Shown here piece by piece: positions 48,756 to 59,169 of a DNA stretch of 64,000 nucleotides; position 1 is the stretch's first letter, and each line of letters opens with the position of its first letter. Source of the DNA: a virus; IMG/VR virus record IMGVR_UViG_3300020037_005798, positions 4,764 through 68,763 of that record. One strand, written 5' to 3'. Made by a program: the position numbers and the translations under genes. The notes beneath the pieces are model-generated. The model was not told where the DNA came from. It saw only the letters and a program-made list of their open reading frames with translations, and did not search any database.

Positions 48756-49400
48756 ATGTGGCCATTAATCCCAAAGAAATGTAATTGTGAAAATACTGGT
48801 ACTAACACTAGTGAAAATGCTATTTGTAATCATTGTGGCTTAACCACTAATGACTTAGTATATACTGGTGCTAATACAGAGTGTACACAGGTAAACACTG
48901 GTGATACAGTATCTGTTGCTTTTCAGAAGATAGATTATTTTATTTGTGGTGGGGGATTAGCTCAACAAATATTAAACCAATTACAAAATAATATTGAAGA
49001 GTATCCTGATTTTATAACTCTTGTTAATGGTGTAGTTAGTTGTGATGTTATCAATGCTTGTGGAGAACCTCCTACAACTACAACTACCACAACTACAGTA
49101 ATATACAATTGTGATATGACTGGGGAAGCAACATTAATAGGATGTGATTTATGGCAATACAAGGCAGACTTATATCGTTGTGAAGACTGTGTTAGTATAA
49201 CTTCAGGCATAGTTGTAATTAGTGATGAAGAACTTATTATAGGAAACTGGTATTTATTTTATCCTGGTGCTAAAATTTTTATAACTAGTTTTGAAACTTG
49301 TGCAACTGAAGGATCAACAGTAAATGTTATTGCTAGTTCTTCTAGTGATAACTGCTTAGATATAATTTGTCCTACAACTACAACAACAACAACAATTTAA
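48756..49400 (+). CDS. Cys/Thr-rich virion protein
   Basis: VYTG...GDT domain and two poly-Thr tracts. Confidence 0.65.
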   Translation: MWPLIPKKCNCENTGTNTSENAICNHCGLTTNDLVYTGANTECTQVNTGDTVSVAFQKIDYFICGGGLAQQILNQLQNNIEEYPDFITLVNGVVSCDVINACGEPPTTTTTTTTVIYNCDMTGEATLIGCDLWQYKADLYRCEDCVSITSGIVVISDEELIIGNWYLFYPGAKIFITSFETCATEGSTVNVIASSSSDNCLDIICPTTTTTTTI

Positions 49401-49921
49401 AAAATAATAAAATGGCTCTTTGTAACGAAACACCATGTAACTGTAATCCTGAAACTGATCCTTGTGGATGCAAAACATCTTCAGATGAGGTAGTATATAC
49501 AGGTCCAACATTACCTTGTACTGGTATAGAAAACTGTACTCCAGTAACAGAGGTAATTTCTACTATTAGTGAGTACTTATGTAGTTCAGAACTTATACAG
49601 GTTTTATTGAATACTATTATAAATAATGAAACTTTACTAGCTCAGTTTACTACTATTATAAACAATAATATAGAATGTCAAACTATTTGGGATTGTGCTA
49701 CTACAACAACTACAACCACTGAAGCTCCTCCTGCTTGTTATATTTATGATTTACAAGGAGATAATGCTGGTACTAGAGTATGGACAGCCAGAGAGTGTGG
49801 TACTAAAAATATAATAGGAGGAGCTATATCAATAGGGGCCACTATTACTACTCCTTGTATTATTGCTTCTACATTAACTATGTATAATGTAGGTATTAAA
49901 GATCAAACTAATTGTAGTTAA
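49367..49921 (+). CDS. Cys/Thr-rich virion protein (start probably MALCNE)
   Basis: VYTG domain paralogous to the previous two ORFs; poly-Thr tract. Confidence 0.65.
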   Translation: MSYNYNNNNNLKNNKMALCNETPCNCNPETDPCGCKTSSDEVVYTGPTLPCTGIENCTPVTEVISTISEYLCSSELIQVLLNTIINNETLLAQFTTIINNNIECQTIWDCATTTTTTTEAPPACYIYDLQGDNAGTRVWTARECGTKNIIGGAISIGATITTPCIIASTLTMYNVGIKDQTNCS

Positions 49922-49923
49922 TT

Positions 49924-50697
49924 ATGACAGTAGAAATAATTTTAACAACAGCAGGGAGTGATTTAGGCCCTTTTGATTTATACTCAGATGTAGATGGGTA
50001 TACTACTGCTTTTGAATCTGGTATAAGTAAAGCAACACTAGAAGCTGGGTATACTTCCAATCTTGTTCCTACAGGTACTACTATCATTAGAGTTATGTCT
50101 GTTGGTGAGTTTTGTGATAACTATATTGATCTTGCTGTAACTACAACTACTACCACTAGTACCAGTACCAGTACCAGTACTACGACTAGTACTACTAGTA
50201 CAACTACAAGTACAAGTAGCACAACTACTACAACTACCACAATTAACCCTTTCTTTGAAGTATATCAATTAATAAGATGTGTTACTTGTGTTGATCAACC
50301 TGCTGTAGCATATGCTTTAATACCTACTGGTAGTTTTAGTATAGGGGATGTACTTGTAACAAGTGAAGGTTTCTGTTGGTCATTAGCAGGAACTGCTATA
50401 AATACTCCTACAGTAGTTGCTCTATGGGCACCAGGTTCTATAATAGATTGTACAACTTGTGCAAATAGTATGCCACCTAGAGGATGCCCTGATACAGATT
50501 CTTGTAATGAGTATCAATTTGATAATGGTGAAATAGGTACAACTCCTGAGATAAGTTACATTGATTGTGATGGTAATCCTCAAACACATATTGCTACCTT
50601 TGGGACATCTTTTGTGTGTGGTAGAAAAATAACATCAATTGATCCTTATGATAGTATTGTGTACATATATAATAATGGGACAGCAGGATGTCTTTAA
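49924..50697 (+). CDS. Cys/Thr-rich virion protein
   Basis: AG.D.GPF.LYSD.DGY domain, long Thr/Ser tract, Cys-rich C-terminus. Confidence 0.65.
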   Translation: MTVEIILTTAGSDLGPFDLYSDVDGYTTAFESGISKATLEAGYTSNLVPTGTTIIRVMSVGEFCDNYIDLAVTTTTTTSTSTSTSTTTSTTSTTTSTSSTTTTTTTINPFFEVYQLIRCVTCVDQPAVAYALIPTGSFSIGDVLVTSEGFCWSLAGTAINTPTVVALWAPGSIIDCTTCANSMPPRGCPDTDSCNEYQFDNGEIGTTPEISYIDCDGNPQTHIATFGTSFVCGRKITSIDPYDSIVYIYNNGTAGCL

Positions 50698-50708
50698 AAT
50701 AGAATAAA

Positions 50709-51023
50709 ATGACAGCATTAATAACATTAACAGTAGCAGGAACAGATAGTGGCCCATTTAATCTTTATTCAGATTTAGATGGGTATATCTCTGCCTTTGA
50801 AACAGCTGTTGATAAAGGTGATTTATTAGCAGGGTATTTATCAGTATTAGTGCCTGATGGTACAAATACTGTTAGAGTTATGTCAGTAGGGCTTTATTGT
50901 AATACATATGTTGATATAGTATTAGAGGCTTTAACCACAACAAGTACTACTACTGTAGCCTTAACAACAACAACTACAACAACAGCTGGTATAACAACCA
51001 CAACAACAACAACTTTTGCTTAG
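50709..51023 (+). CDS. Small Thr-rich virion protein
   Basis: Paralog of the N-terminus of 49924 plus three poly-Thr tracts. Confidence 0.65.
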   Translation: MTALITLTVAGTDSGPFNLYSDLDGYISAFETAVDKGDLLAGYLSVLVPDGTNTVRVMSVGLYCNTYVDIVLEALTTTSTTTVALTTTTTTTAGITTTTTTTFA

Positions 51024-51060
51024 TATTTAAAAAGTCTTGTTTTATTGGTTTACAAGATTT

Positions 51061-51093
51061 CTCCCTAAGATAACTCTTGGGGAGTTTTATTTT
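51061..51093 (+). terminator. Intrinsic terminator
   Basis: CTCCCTAAGA-TAAC-TCTTGGGGAG-TTTTATTTT. Confidence 0.7.
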
Positions 51094-51193
51094 ATAACTA
51101 TTTTTGTTATAAATAGTAGTATTCAAAACTATTTTTATTATATTAATATAAAAGTATTTTTTTACCTTTACGATATTTTTTAATTCACAGATT

Positions 51194-51922
51194 ATGAAAA
51201 CAATGCGAAAAATGGTATCAGATGTTAGGTCGATGCACAAGTTGCTATCAACTGACAGTTTGATTACTGATAGAGCAATAGCATCTGATATTAGAAATAA
51301 TTCTCTTTTATTAATAAAAAGAGAAACTAATTTAAGAAAACTTTGGGCTTCAGATAGTTTATTCACTACTATTCCTTGTTTAGAAATGTGTGAAGTATCT
51401 ATATCAGAGTGTTGTAATTATGTTGATGATTGTACTATAGCAAGAAGTAAACATCCTTTACCAAGAATATCAGAAGGTAATTATCAATATGTAATACAAG
51501 GAGTTTATTCAATTAATGCATTGAGTGGTAAAGGTAAAAAGCTAAAAGAAATTACAGTAAATAGATACATAAATCTTTTAGGACTTCCAATCATTAAAAA
51601 AGAAGAATATTACTGGGTAACAAATGGATATTTGTATGTTACAAACCCAGATGTACAAGCTATAAGATTAGTTGCTTTCTTTGAAGAAGATGTACCAAAT
51701 GAAGTACTATACCCTGAATGTGGTTGTAATGGTAACCAAAATACAAATGAACAAATTTGTATGAATCCTTTAGATAAGGTTTTTAATGTTCCAGGATACT
51801 TAGAAAAACAAATTTTAGATTTAACCTCCCAAAAACTATTAACTACATATTTCAAACTAAAAACAGATATTACTGATAATGGTGTTGATGGTCAAGCTCC
51901 TAATACAATCCCTAATAGTTAA
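51194..51922 (+). CDS. Putative tail ring protein
   Basis: 242 aa; TIPCLEM..V, YLYV, FEE motifs as in crAss tail ring genes. Confidence 0.55.
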   Translation: MKTMRKMVSDVRSMHKLLSTDSLITDRAIASDIRNNSLLLIKRETNLRKLWASDSLFTTIPCLEMCEVSISECCNYVDDCTIARSKHPLPRISEGNYQYVIQGVYSINALSGKGKKLKEITVNRYINLLGLPIIKKEEYYWVTNGYLYVTNPDVQAIRLVAFFEEDVPNEVLYPECGCNGNQNTNEQICMNPLDKVFNVPGYLEKQILDLTSQKLLTTYFKLKTDITDNGVDGQAPNTIPNS

Positions 51923-51925
51923 TAT

Positions 51926-52411
51926 ATGCCAAGAGTAAAAGTAGGTTGGAGAAGTGCAAGTAAGGAAAACTATCTTGATTTTTGTAAAAAGAATAAAGAT
52001 ATAAAATTATCCTTCATAGAATGGAAACAAATAGTTTACTCTTTCAATGAGGAGTTTAGAAGAGAAATATTAGAAACAGGAGAAAAGTTAAGACTTCCAA
52101 TGGGATTAGGGGAGTTTACAATACATAAGAAAAAAAGAAAAACATATAAAGAATACGACGGAGTTAAAAAGATAAACCTTCCTATAGATTGGCAAAAAAC
52201 AAGAGAGAAAGGGAAAATTATATATAATTTCAATTACCATACAGAAGGATATTTTTTCGGATGGTTATGGTTTAGAAACACAGCTAGGTTCAAACAAAAC
52301 AATATGTGGAACTTTAAACCTTCAAGAGTTACTTCAAGATTAATTACAACCTATTTAAATACTGATAAAAAATACCAATATCTGTACCAAGAGTGGGCTA
52401 AAATACTATAA
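51926..52411 (+). CDS. IHF-like protein of the crAss tail module
   Basis: LRLPMGLGEFTI, IDWQKT, HTEGY, FKPSR. Confidence 0.65.
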   Translation: MPRVKVGWRSASKENYLDFCKKNKDIKLSFIEWKQIVYSFNEEFRREILETGEKLRLPMGLGEFTIHKKKRKTYKEYDGVKKINLPIDWQKTREKGKIIYNFNYHTEGYFFGWLWFRNTARFKQNNMWNFKPSRVTSRLITTYLNTDKKYQYLYQEWAKIL

Positions 52412-52415
52412 AGAT

Positions 52416-53351
52416 ATGAGCTATTACTATAAATACAATTTCGTAAGTCCTGATCCAATCTTTTCCATTATAAAAGAAGAGCTAAAAAGCTATTTTGATA
52501 CAGGAGCTATTGATGATCTTATGTTTCCAACATACTTAGATAAATGTTTGAGTAAGTTAGGTAAAGTGTCTTATGTTATAGTTCCTGAAATTCTTTATAT
52601 AGAGGATTTTGAGGCTAGACTTCCTGATAACTTTTATGCTGTTAGAGAGGCTTGGATGTGTACAGAGATTCCTTTGACATCTTATCAGAGTGCTAATTCT
52701 TTCTATTCACAAGCTGCTAGTGCAACTACAATACAAGTTAGCCCTGTAATCTCTAATGGTGTTCCTTGTACTAACTCAGAATGTACAACAGGGTGCCCTG
52801 ATTGTATGCCAGATATTGTACAAGCTGTCTATAAGACTAATAATGAAGTAGCACGTTCTTTTAAGAAACAATATTTATTAAAACCAGGAAATATAACTAC
52901 TGCTGAAAATTGTGGTGTAGATTATAATAGCAATTTAATCCCATATTCTTCTTCTCTTGACTCTTTTGATATAAGAGGGAATAAGTTTACCACTAACTTT
53001 AGAAAAGGTGTTGTGCATATCCTAATGTATGCTTATGACTATGATGAGGGGGGTTCTCAACTTATACCTGATGACTATAGAGTAAAAGAGTATATTGAGG
53101 CTTTTATTAAGTATAAAATGTTTGAAACATTAGCAAACCAAATAAATGATGAAACATTTAACCAAATTCAACAAAAACTTGTCTACTACAAGCAACAAGC
53201 AGATGAAGCATATATTCTTGCGGAGACAGAAGTTAAAAAACAGGATGCCTACACAAAAGTCAGAAGAATAATTGCACAAAAGAATAGTTTAAATATGTAC
53301 AAATTACCTCCTGGTGATAGAGGGTATAATGGTAGAAGAAGAAATTATTAA
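52416..53351 (+). CDS. Putative tail ring/tubular protein
   Basis: 311 aa upstream of the stabilisation gene; ARLPDNF, TNFRKG.V.I.Y, LIPD. Confidence 0.6.
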   Translation: MSYYYKYNFVSPDPIFSIIKEELKSYFDTGAIDDLMFPTYLDKCLSKLGKVSYVIVPEILYIEDFEARLPDNFYAVREAWMCTEIPLTSYQSANSFYSQAASATTIQVSPVISNGVPCTNSECTTGCPDCMPDIVQAVYKTNNEVARSFKKQYLLKPGNITTAENCGVDYNSNLIPYSSSLDSFDIRGNKFTTNFRKGVVHILMYAYDYDEGGSQLIPDDYRVKEYIEAFIKYKMFETLANQINDETFNQIQQKLVYYKQQADEAYILAETEVKKQDAYTKVRRIIAQKNSLNMYKLPPGDRGYNGRRRNY

Positions 53352-53356
53352 TAGTC

Positions 53357-56300
53357 ATGGCAGAAAATAACCAAAATAGAGAAGATATTCGTCTAGAATT
53401 TAACTCAGCCAACTCTGGGTTAGATATGGATAAAACTTCTAATCAAGTTAAGAAAGGTGTTTTAACCTATGCTTTAAATGCTGGGGTAGAAAACTATGAT
53501 GCTAACTCTATAAATTACCAGAATGAACCTGGTAATGAATTTTGTGTTTCTTTTCCTGAAGGGTTTACTATGATAGGGGATCACTTTATTCAGGAATACA
53601 ATAAACATATTTTCTTTATTACTAATGATGACACTAAAGATTGTCAACTTGGTTATATGGAAAATAATGATTGTATATTCAGAGTACTTATTGATGACCC
53701 ATGTTTAGGTTGGGATATTAGGTATCCTATACATAAAATTGTACATAAAATAACTAATTGTAGTACAGAGATTTACTGGCCTGACAATATAGCTAGAAGA
53801 TATTTAGACATTGACAATATTCCTTATATAAAGACATTAGACTCTACTTTATGTGATCCTGCCTTTACTAATAAGGTTGATTGCAATCAGTTAAAAATGC
53901 AACCAAACTTTAATATACCTCAACTTTATGTAAAGGATATTATTGCTGGTGGTAACAATACTGCTGGTACTGTTCAATTTGCTGCACAGTATTCAGATGC
54001 TGATGGTAATCCATATACCAATTTTTATTCAATTACAAACCCTACACCTTTAGCAGATACAGCTATTACCACACCTAATTTTAACTATAACGTAGGTAAA
54101 TCAGTAGTGGTTAATATTACAAATTTAGATGAAACAGGTATGTTTCAATACTTTAATTTGGCTGTCATTAAAAAAGTAAATGATATTACATCTGTTGAAT
54201 TAGTAGGAACCTATTATATTGATAGTATTACTAAAGATATAACCTATTCAGGACAAAATGTTGAACAGATAAGATTAACTATAAATGATATTTTTGAAAA
54301 GTATCCTTATTATGATTTAGCACAAGATATTACAGTAGTAGAGGATATTCTAGTATGGGACCAACTTACAACTGTAGATAGAATTAATTTTCAGAAGATA
54401 GCTAATCAAATTCCTTTATACTGGGAAACATATAGAATACCTGCTTCTGAGAATTACTCTGATGAATTAAATGCTACCAATCTTAGAAGTTATCTTAGAG
54501 ATGAAATATATGCTCTAGAGTTTGTTCCTCTTTTTAGAAATGGAAAACAGGGAGAATCTTTTCATATACCAGGAAGAGCTATATCAGGGTATGATACTGG
54601 ATTTCCTGATGTGCCTTATACTGATCCTGATTTTATAGGAGAACCTACTTATTATGATAATGATGGTATTGGGTATAGTCCTTACTGGAAAATATATAAT
54701 ACTGCTAGAGTTATAGGGCCTTCTAATAACCCCAATATAGGAAATGCTACTGCACATGAATATGGAGAATTTGGGTATTGGGAATCAGAAGAAACATATC
54801 CTTGTAATGAAAATGTTTGGGGAGAATTGGCAGGTAAAAAAATTAGACATCATAAATTTCCTGATGTTAATATCAGTCCTATTTATGAGTCAAAACCTAT
54901 AACATATACTCCTAATGGGGATTTTGTTCCAGTAATGGGTGATGATGATATTTTTCCTATTGGAATAAGAATAAACCCAGAACAAATACAACAACTTATA
55001 ATATCTTCACCTGATTTAACTTCACAACAAAAGCAAGATGTTGTTGGATTTAAAATAGTAAGAGGTAATAGAGGAACCAATAAATCAATTGTAGGTAAAG
55101 GAATCTTGCGTAACATAGCTTCTTATGAAAGAGATGAACAAATCTACTATTTTGCAAATTACCCTTATAATGAGATTGGTGAAGATCCTTTTCTTAATCA
55201 AACTAATAATGCTTTTGCACAAATAACAAAAACTTGGTTAATTATTTGTCTCTCTTCAGGAACTTATGAGTATGGTGATCCTAATACTAACAAAGCTGTT
55301 ATAACAGATATGGTTGCAGGTGAAACATATGAAATATGTTCTACTTGGAGACCTATATGGAAAACTGGACAAGCTGAAATTGGGCCTGCTGAATATGATG
55401 TTGTATTAGCAGACTCATCTTATGGTGTAAGAGGATATAAAATTTATTGGGAAGATCCTTTTAGTAGAGATAACCTAGAATATACAAGTCAAAGTGATTA
55501 TTTAGATAACTGGAAATGTTTTCTACCATTTGGTAATGCAGAGAGTAAATATTGTAGAGTAGCTATAGGTGGAACTGTTACAGATAAATGTAAAAATAAA
55601 AGATTTCAACCTTGTGAATGTGATGCCTCTACTTTTGTACAACCACCTGTAGTACAACCTAAAGGTGTTATAAGTGACCCTACACAAAGTAGAAGAAGCT
55701 CTGTTGACTGTTCTAAAGAAAATCCACTGTTTCCTATAACTCCACAAGATGATTTAAGACATAGACAAATATTCAATTCACCAGAAACTTCTTTTGGACA
55801 ACCTTTTTTAGGAAATGTTTTAAAATTAGAGTCTGTTATATATGGTGGGGGTAAAGCTCACTTTGTTGAAGTTAAGAAAAATGCTAAGTACAAGTTATTA
55901 AGTAAAGAGGCACAAGAAGATGCTATTGATAGTGCTAACAAGATAGGGGCAATAACTGACCCTTTCAATGCTGGTGCTATGTTTGCTGCTTACCAAGCAT
56001 ACCTTACGATTTATATTAATGGGATTACAAGAAGAAACTATGCATATTCTTATAATTCTATTGCTGATTATAATTATTTATCTGAAATACCTAATAGTCT
56101 TGGTGTAAAACAAAGAATGTTAGACTTAAAGCGTTATCTTATTCCTGGTGTACAATCTGTTGGGGAAGAAAATGGTATTGGTATTAATAATTATCAAAGA
56201 GAATCTTCTGTTTATTTACGAACAGACTTAGACAAACCTGCATTACCTTTCCCATCAGATAGTACTAATTTAATTGGTACTAATATCAAAGATGTTTCAA

Positions 56301-59167
56301 GAAAAACTATAGGGGAGTCAAAAGTTTGTAATGCTCCTGGTAAAGAACAGGATATTTCTGTTGTTTCTTACTATGCTTCTTTAAAAAACACATTTCCTTC
56401 TCAATGGGGACAAATATACTCTTATGATACTGTTGATACAGGGTATCAAGCTTTATTTGAAGCTAATAGTGGTAATGTTATTTTTGGGGGGGATACCTTT
56501 ATAAGTAGATTCTCATTTAAGACTAAAATACCTTTCTTTACTGATAATAGAGTAGGAGCTCCAGATGATAGTGATATTTTTTATGATGAAATAGGTAATG
56601 TTGCATACCCTAAATATTGGCACTCAGCAAGATCTATATTAGAAGACTATACTGTACAGGCATATGGTAATCCTGTTCTTAAAAACTTTATAAGTTATAA
56701 AGCTCATAATTTTGATTGCCCTAATGATCCAACTTCTATAGAAAATCCTGAAGGAGAAAACAATGTGTATGGCTCTTCAAGAACATACTATGATGGTTAC
56801 TTTTATTTATTTGCATATGGTCAACCTAACTTCTATTGTGAAAGTTCTTATAATTTAGATTTAAGACAAGCTTTCAATAATAAAGAAGGAGATTTCTGGC
56901 CACATGTGTCTACAAGTATTCCTGATGATTGGGTACAAGAAAGTTTTGTTAGTATAGCTAATGATAATACTTATACTTATAATGTAACCTATTCTACTCA
57001 AAATAAAGAAAACACCTTTACTCATCTTCCTCAAGATTGGGAAGCTATTTGTTACACTAATTTTGAGTTTAGAGGAATATACTCTGAAAAACAATTTACA
57101 AATTCTGATGTAAGAGTAAACAACTGGCTTATATATAGACCATTAAATAAATTTGATTTTCCACAAAACTTTGGTAAATTAATCTCACTAGATGGTATTC
57201 AGAATAGAGCAGTACTTGCAAGATTTGAGAATAAGAGTTTAATGTATAATAACTTATTAACTCTTGATACAAGTAACCCACAAGCAGCTTATTTAGGTAA
57301 TCCTCGTTTATTTGAGGGAGCACCTCCTATTGATTTTGCTGAAACAGATTTAGGGTATGTTGGTACACAAAATAAGTTTTTATTAAAAATACCACAAGGA
57401 CAGGTAACAATAGATGCTAAAAGAGGACAGATATTTTTAATATCAGGAACACAAGCTGTAGATTTAACAGCATTTGGTTCTGGTGTTAATAGATTTATGA
57501 CAGACCATTTAGCTTTTGAGATTTTAAGATATTTCAAAGATTGTCCTACTGATAATCATTATAATGGTATTGGTATACATGGTGTTTATGATAGTAAGTT
57601 TGATAGAATTATCATAACTAAATTAGACTATATTCCTATACAACCTGGTATTATCTATGATAGTGAGTTAGACCAATGGTTTATAGAAACTCTTTTAGGA
57701 GATATTACTATAAAAACAAGAATTTATTTAACAGATACAGAGTTTTTCTGTAATAAATCTTGGACTATGTCATTTAACTTTAATACTAAGAGTTGGATTT
57801 CTTTCCATAGTTATATTCCTAATTGGTATATAGGAGAGAATAACTTTTTCTATTCTGGTATAAATTCTTGTTGTGGTAATCTTGAAGCTTCTTTCTCAGC
57901 TATTGTAGGAGATACAGATAAAGCTATTACTACTACAACCACTACAACTGGAAGTATTCTTTTAACTACTACTACAACTACTACACTAGCATTAGATTGT
58001 TCTTTGGAAGGAACAGGTTATACTACTTCTTGTGAATTAGAGGGTACTGGAGTTATAACTGTTCCAGCAAGTACAACTACAACTATATGTCAAAGACCTA
58101 TACTACCTGCAGTTATATTTATATCAGGTTATCAAATAGATGCAGATCCACCAGTAGATACATCAACTTCTTTAGAAGATAGTTGTAATGGTTTATTACA
58201 AGTATTAACGTTATTACCTGACATAACCCCTACTTTATTATCAGGTAATTGTGCTAGTTTAGAAATAGGACAAGTAGTTTACTATGATTATGAATCATTA
58301 GATTGTACTTTATTCCCTGATGGTTGGTACTTTACAGAGGAAAGTATGTATGAAAACTTTGTATATCATATTGAAGGAGGAGTTATTGTAGCTATTGAAA
58401 GTTGTTCTTGTGAAACCACAACTACAACAACTACTCTTGTACCAGATATTTCAGAGTGTTGTGGAATATTATTTGACATAACAGACCAGATATACTATTC
58501 TAACCCTAATGAATCAGCAGATCTTATGATACCTGGATATTATTCTCAATTGGCTATAGGAATGTCTCCTAATAAGTTTTGGTCTATTGGACTCATTATA
58601 GAAGAATGGGATATTTCATTATCACCATTTATAGCTATTTACAATAGAAATGTAGCATTACCTTTAGGATTTGTTAATGCTGGTGGAATTGTAGGTAAAA
58701 ATAATACAACTATATTTGCTGTAGATGGTACAACACCACAAACAGTAGTTGAAATGAGTTTACTAGGTAGTACTGCTAGTGTTATTGCTAACATCTGTAA
58801 CCTTCCTGTAGATAGAGTAATCATCTCAAACATGGTTTATGCTGCTGAAAGTAAGTTAATATTTGTTACTGAAGATGTCCCTACTACAGACAAATACATT
58901 GTTCAAATAGATATTGAAACTGGTACTATAGAGTTTGATGTTAATATAGGTAGTGTAAAATTAATTACTATATTTGAGTGTCAATGTAAATTATATGGTA
59001 CAGATGTTTCTGGGGATACATATCTAATTGATTTGGTTAGTCCTTTTGGTATATCATTAGTTGGAGATTATTTTACTCCTACAGCTATATCAGCAACTCA
59101 ATTATCAACTTGTATAGGTAACTATTTAAGCTTACCTGCAACAACAACCACCACTACAACTTTATAA
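53357..59167 (+). CDS. Tail stabilisation/muzzle protein, N-terminal part with Thr/Cys-rich C-terminal extension
   Basis: GLDMD, YLRDEIY, FHIPGR, FGYWES, IRHHKFP, FGGDTFI, SWISFHSY motifs of crAss stabilisation proteins. Confidence 0.75.
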   Translation: MAENNQNREDIRLEFNSANSGLDMDKTSNQVKKGVLTYALNAGVENYDANSINYQNEPGNEFCVSFPEGFTMIGDHFIQEYNKHIFFITNDDTKDCQLGYMENNDCIFRVLIDDPCLGWDIRYPIHKIVHKITNCSTEIYWPDNIARRYLDIDNIPYIKTLDSTLCDPAFTNKVDCNQLKMQPNFNIPQLYVKDIIAGGNNTAGTVQFAAQYSDADGNPYTNFYSITNPTPLADTAITTPNFNYNVGKSVVVNITNLDETGMFQYFNLAVIKKVNDITSVELVGTYYIDSITKDITYSGQNVEQIRLTINDIFEKYPYYDLAQDITVVEDILVWDQLTTVDRINFQKIANQIPLYWETYRIPASENYSDELNATNLRSYLRDEIYALEFVPLFRNGKQGESFHIPGRAISGYDTGFPDVPYTDPDFIGEPTYYDNDGIGYSPYWKIYNTARVIGPSNNPNIGNATAHEYGEFGYWESEETYPCNENVWGELAGKKIRHHKFPDVNISPIYESKPITYTPNGDFVPVMGDDDIFPIGIRINPEQIQQLIISSPDLTSQQKQDVVGFKIVRGNRGTNKSIVGKGILRNIASYERDEQIYYFANYPYNEIGEDPFLNQTNNAFAQITKTWLIICLSSGTYEYGDPNTNKAVITDMVAGETYEICSTWRPIWKTGQAEIGPAEYDVVLADSSYGVRGYKIYWEDPFSRDNLEYTSQSDYLDNWKCFLPFGNAESKYCRVAIGGTVTDKCKNKRFQPCECDASTFVQPPVVQPKGVISDPTQSRRSSVDCSKENPLFPITPQDDLRHRQIFNSPETSFGQPFLGNVLKLESVIYGGGKAHFVEVKKNAKYKLLSKEAQEDAIDSANKIGAITDPFNAGAMFAAYQAYLTIYINGITRRNYAYSYNSIADYNYLSEIPNSLGVKQRMLDLKRYLIPGVQSVGEENGIGINNYQRESSVYLRTDLDKPALPFPSDSTNLIGTNIKDVSRKTIGESKVCNAPGKEQDISVVSYYASLKNTFPSQWGQIYSYDTVDTGYQALFEANSGNVIFGGDTFISRFSFKTKIPFFTDNRVGAPDDSDIFYDEIGNVAYPKYWHSARSILEDYTVQAYGNPVLKNFISYKAHNFDCPNDPTSIENPEGENNVYGSSRTYYDGYFYLFAYGQPNFYCESSYNLDLRQAFNNKEGDFWPHVSTSIPDDWVQESFVSIANDNTYTYNVTYSTQNKENTFTHLPQDWEAICYTNFEFRGIYSEKQFTNSDVRVNNWLIYRPLNKFDFPQNFGKLISLDGIQNRAVLARFENKSLMYNNLLTLDTSNPQAAYLGNPRLFEGAPPIDFAETDLGYVGTQNKFLLKIPQGQVTIDAKRGQIFLISGTQAVDLTAFGSGVNRFMTDHLAFEILRYFKDCPTDNHYNGIGIHGVYDSKFDRIIITKLDYIPIQPGIIYDSELDQWFIETLLGDITIKTRIYLTDTEFFCNKSWTMSFNFNTKSWISFHSYIPNWYIGENNFFYSGINSCCGNLEASFSAIVGDTDKAITTTTTTTGSILLTTTTTTTLALDCSLEGTGYTTSCELEGTGVITVPASTTTTICQRPILPAVIFISGYQIDADPPVDTSTSLEDSCNGLLQVLTLLPDITPTLLSGNCASLEIGQVVYYDYESLDCTLFPDGWYFTEESMYENFVYHIEGGVIVAIESCSCETTTTTTTLVPDISECCGILFDITDQIYYSNPNESADLMIPGYYSQLAIGMSPNKFWSIGLIIEEWDISLSPFIAIYNRNVALPLGFVNAGGIVGKNNTTIFAVDGTTPQTVVEMSLLGSTASVIANICNLPVDRVIISNMVYAAESKLIFVTEDVPTTDKYIVQIDIETGTIEFDVNIGSVKLITIFECQCKLYGTDVSGDTYLIDLVSPFGISLVGDYFTPTAISATQLSTCIGNYLSLPATTTTTTTL

Positions 59168-59169
59168 TT

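Noticed and set aside
47675-59167. Diversity-generating retroelement targeting tail genes
   Set aside because: No reverse transcriptase and no repeat pair with adenine-specific mismatches seen
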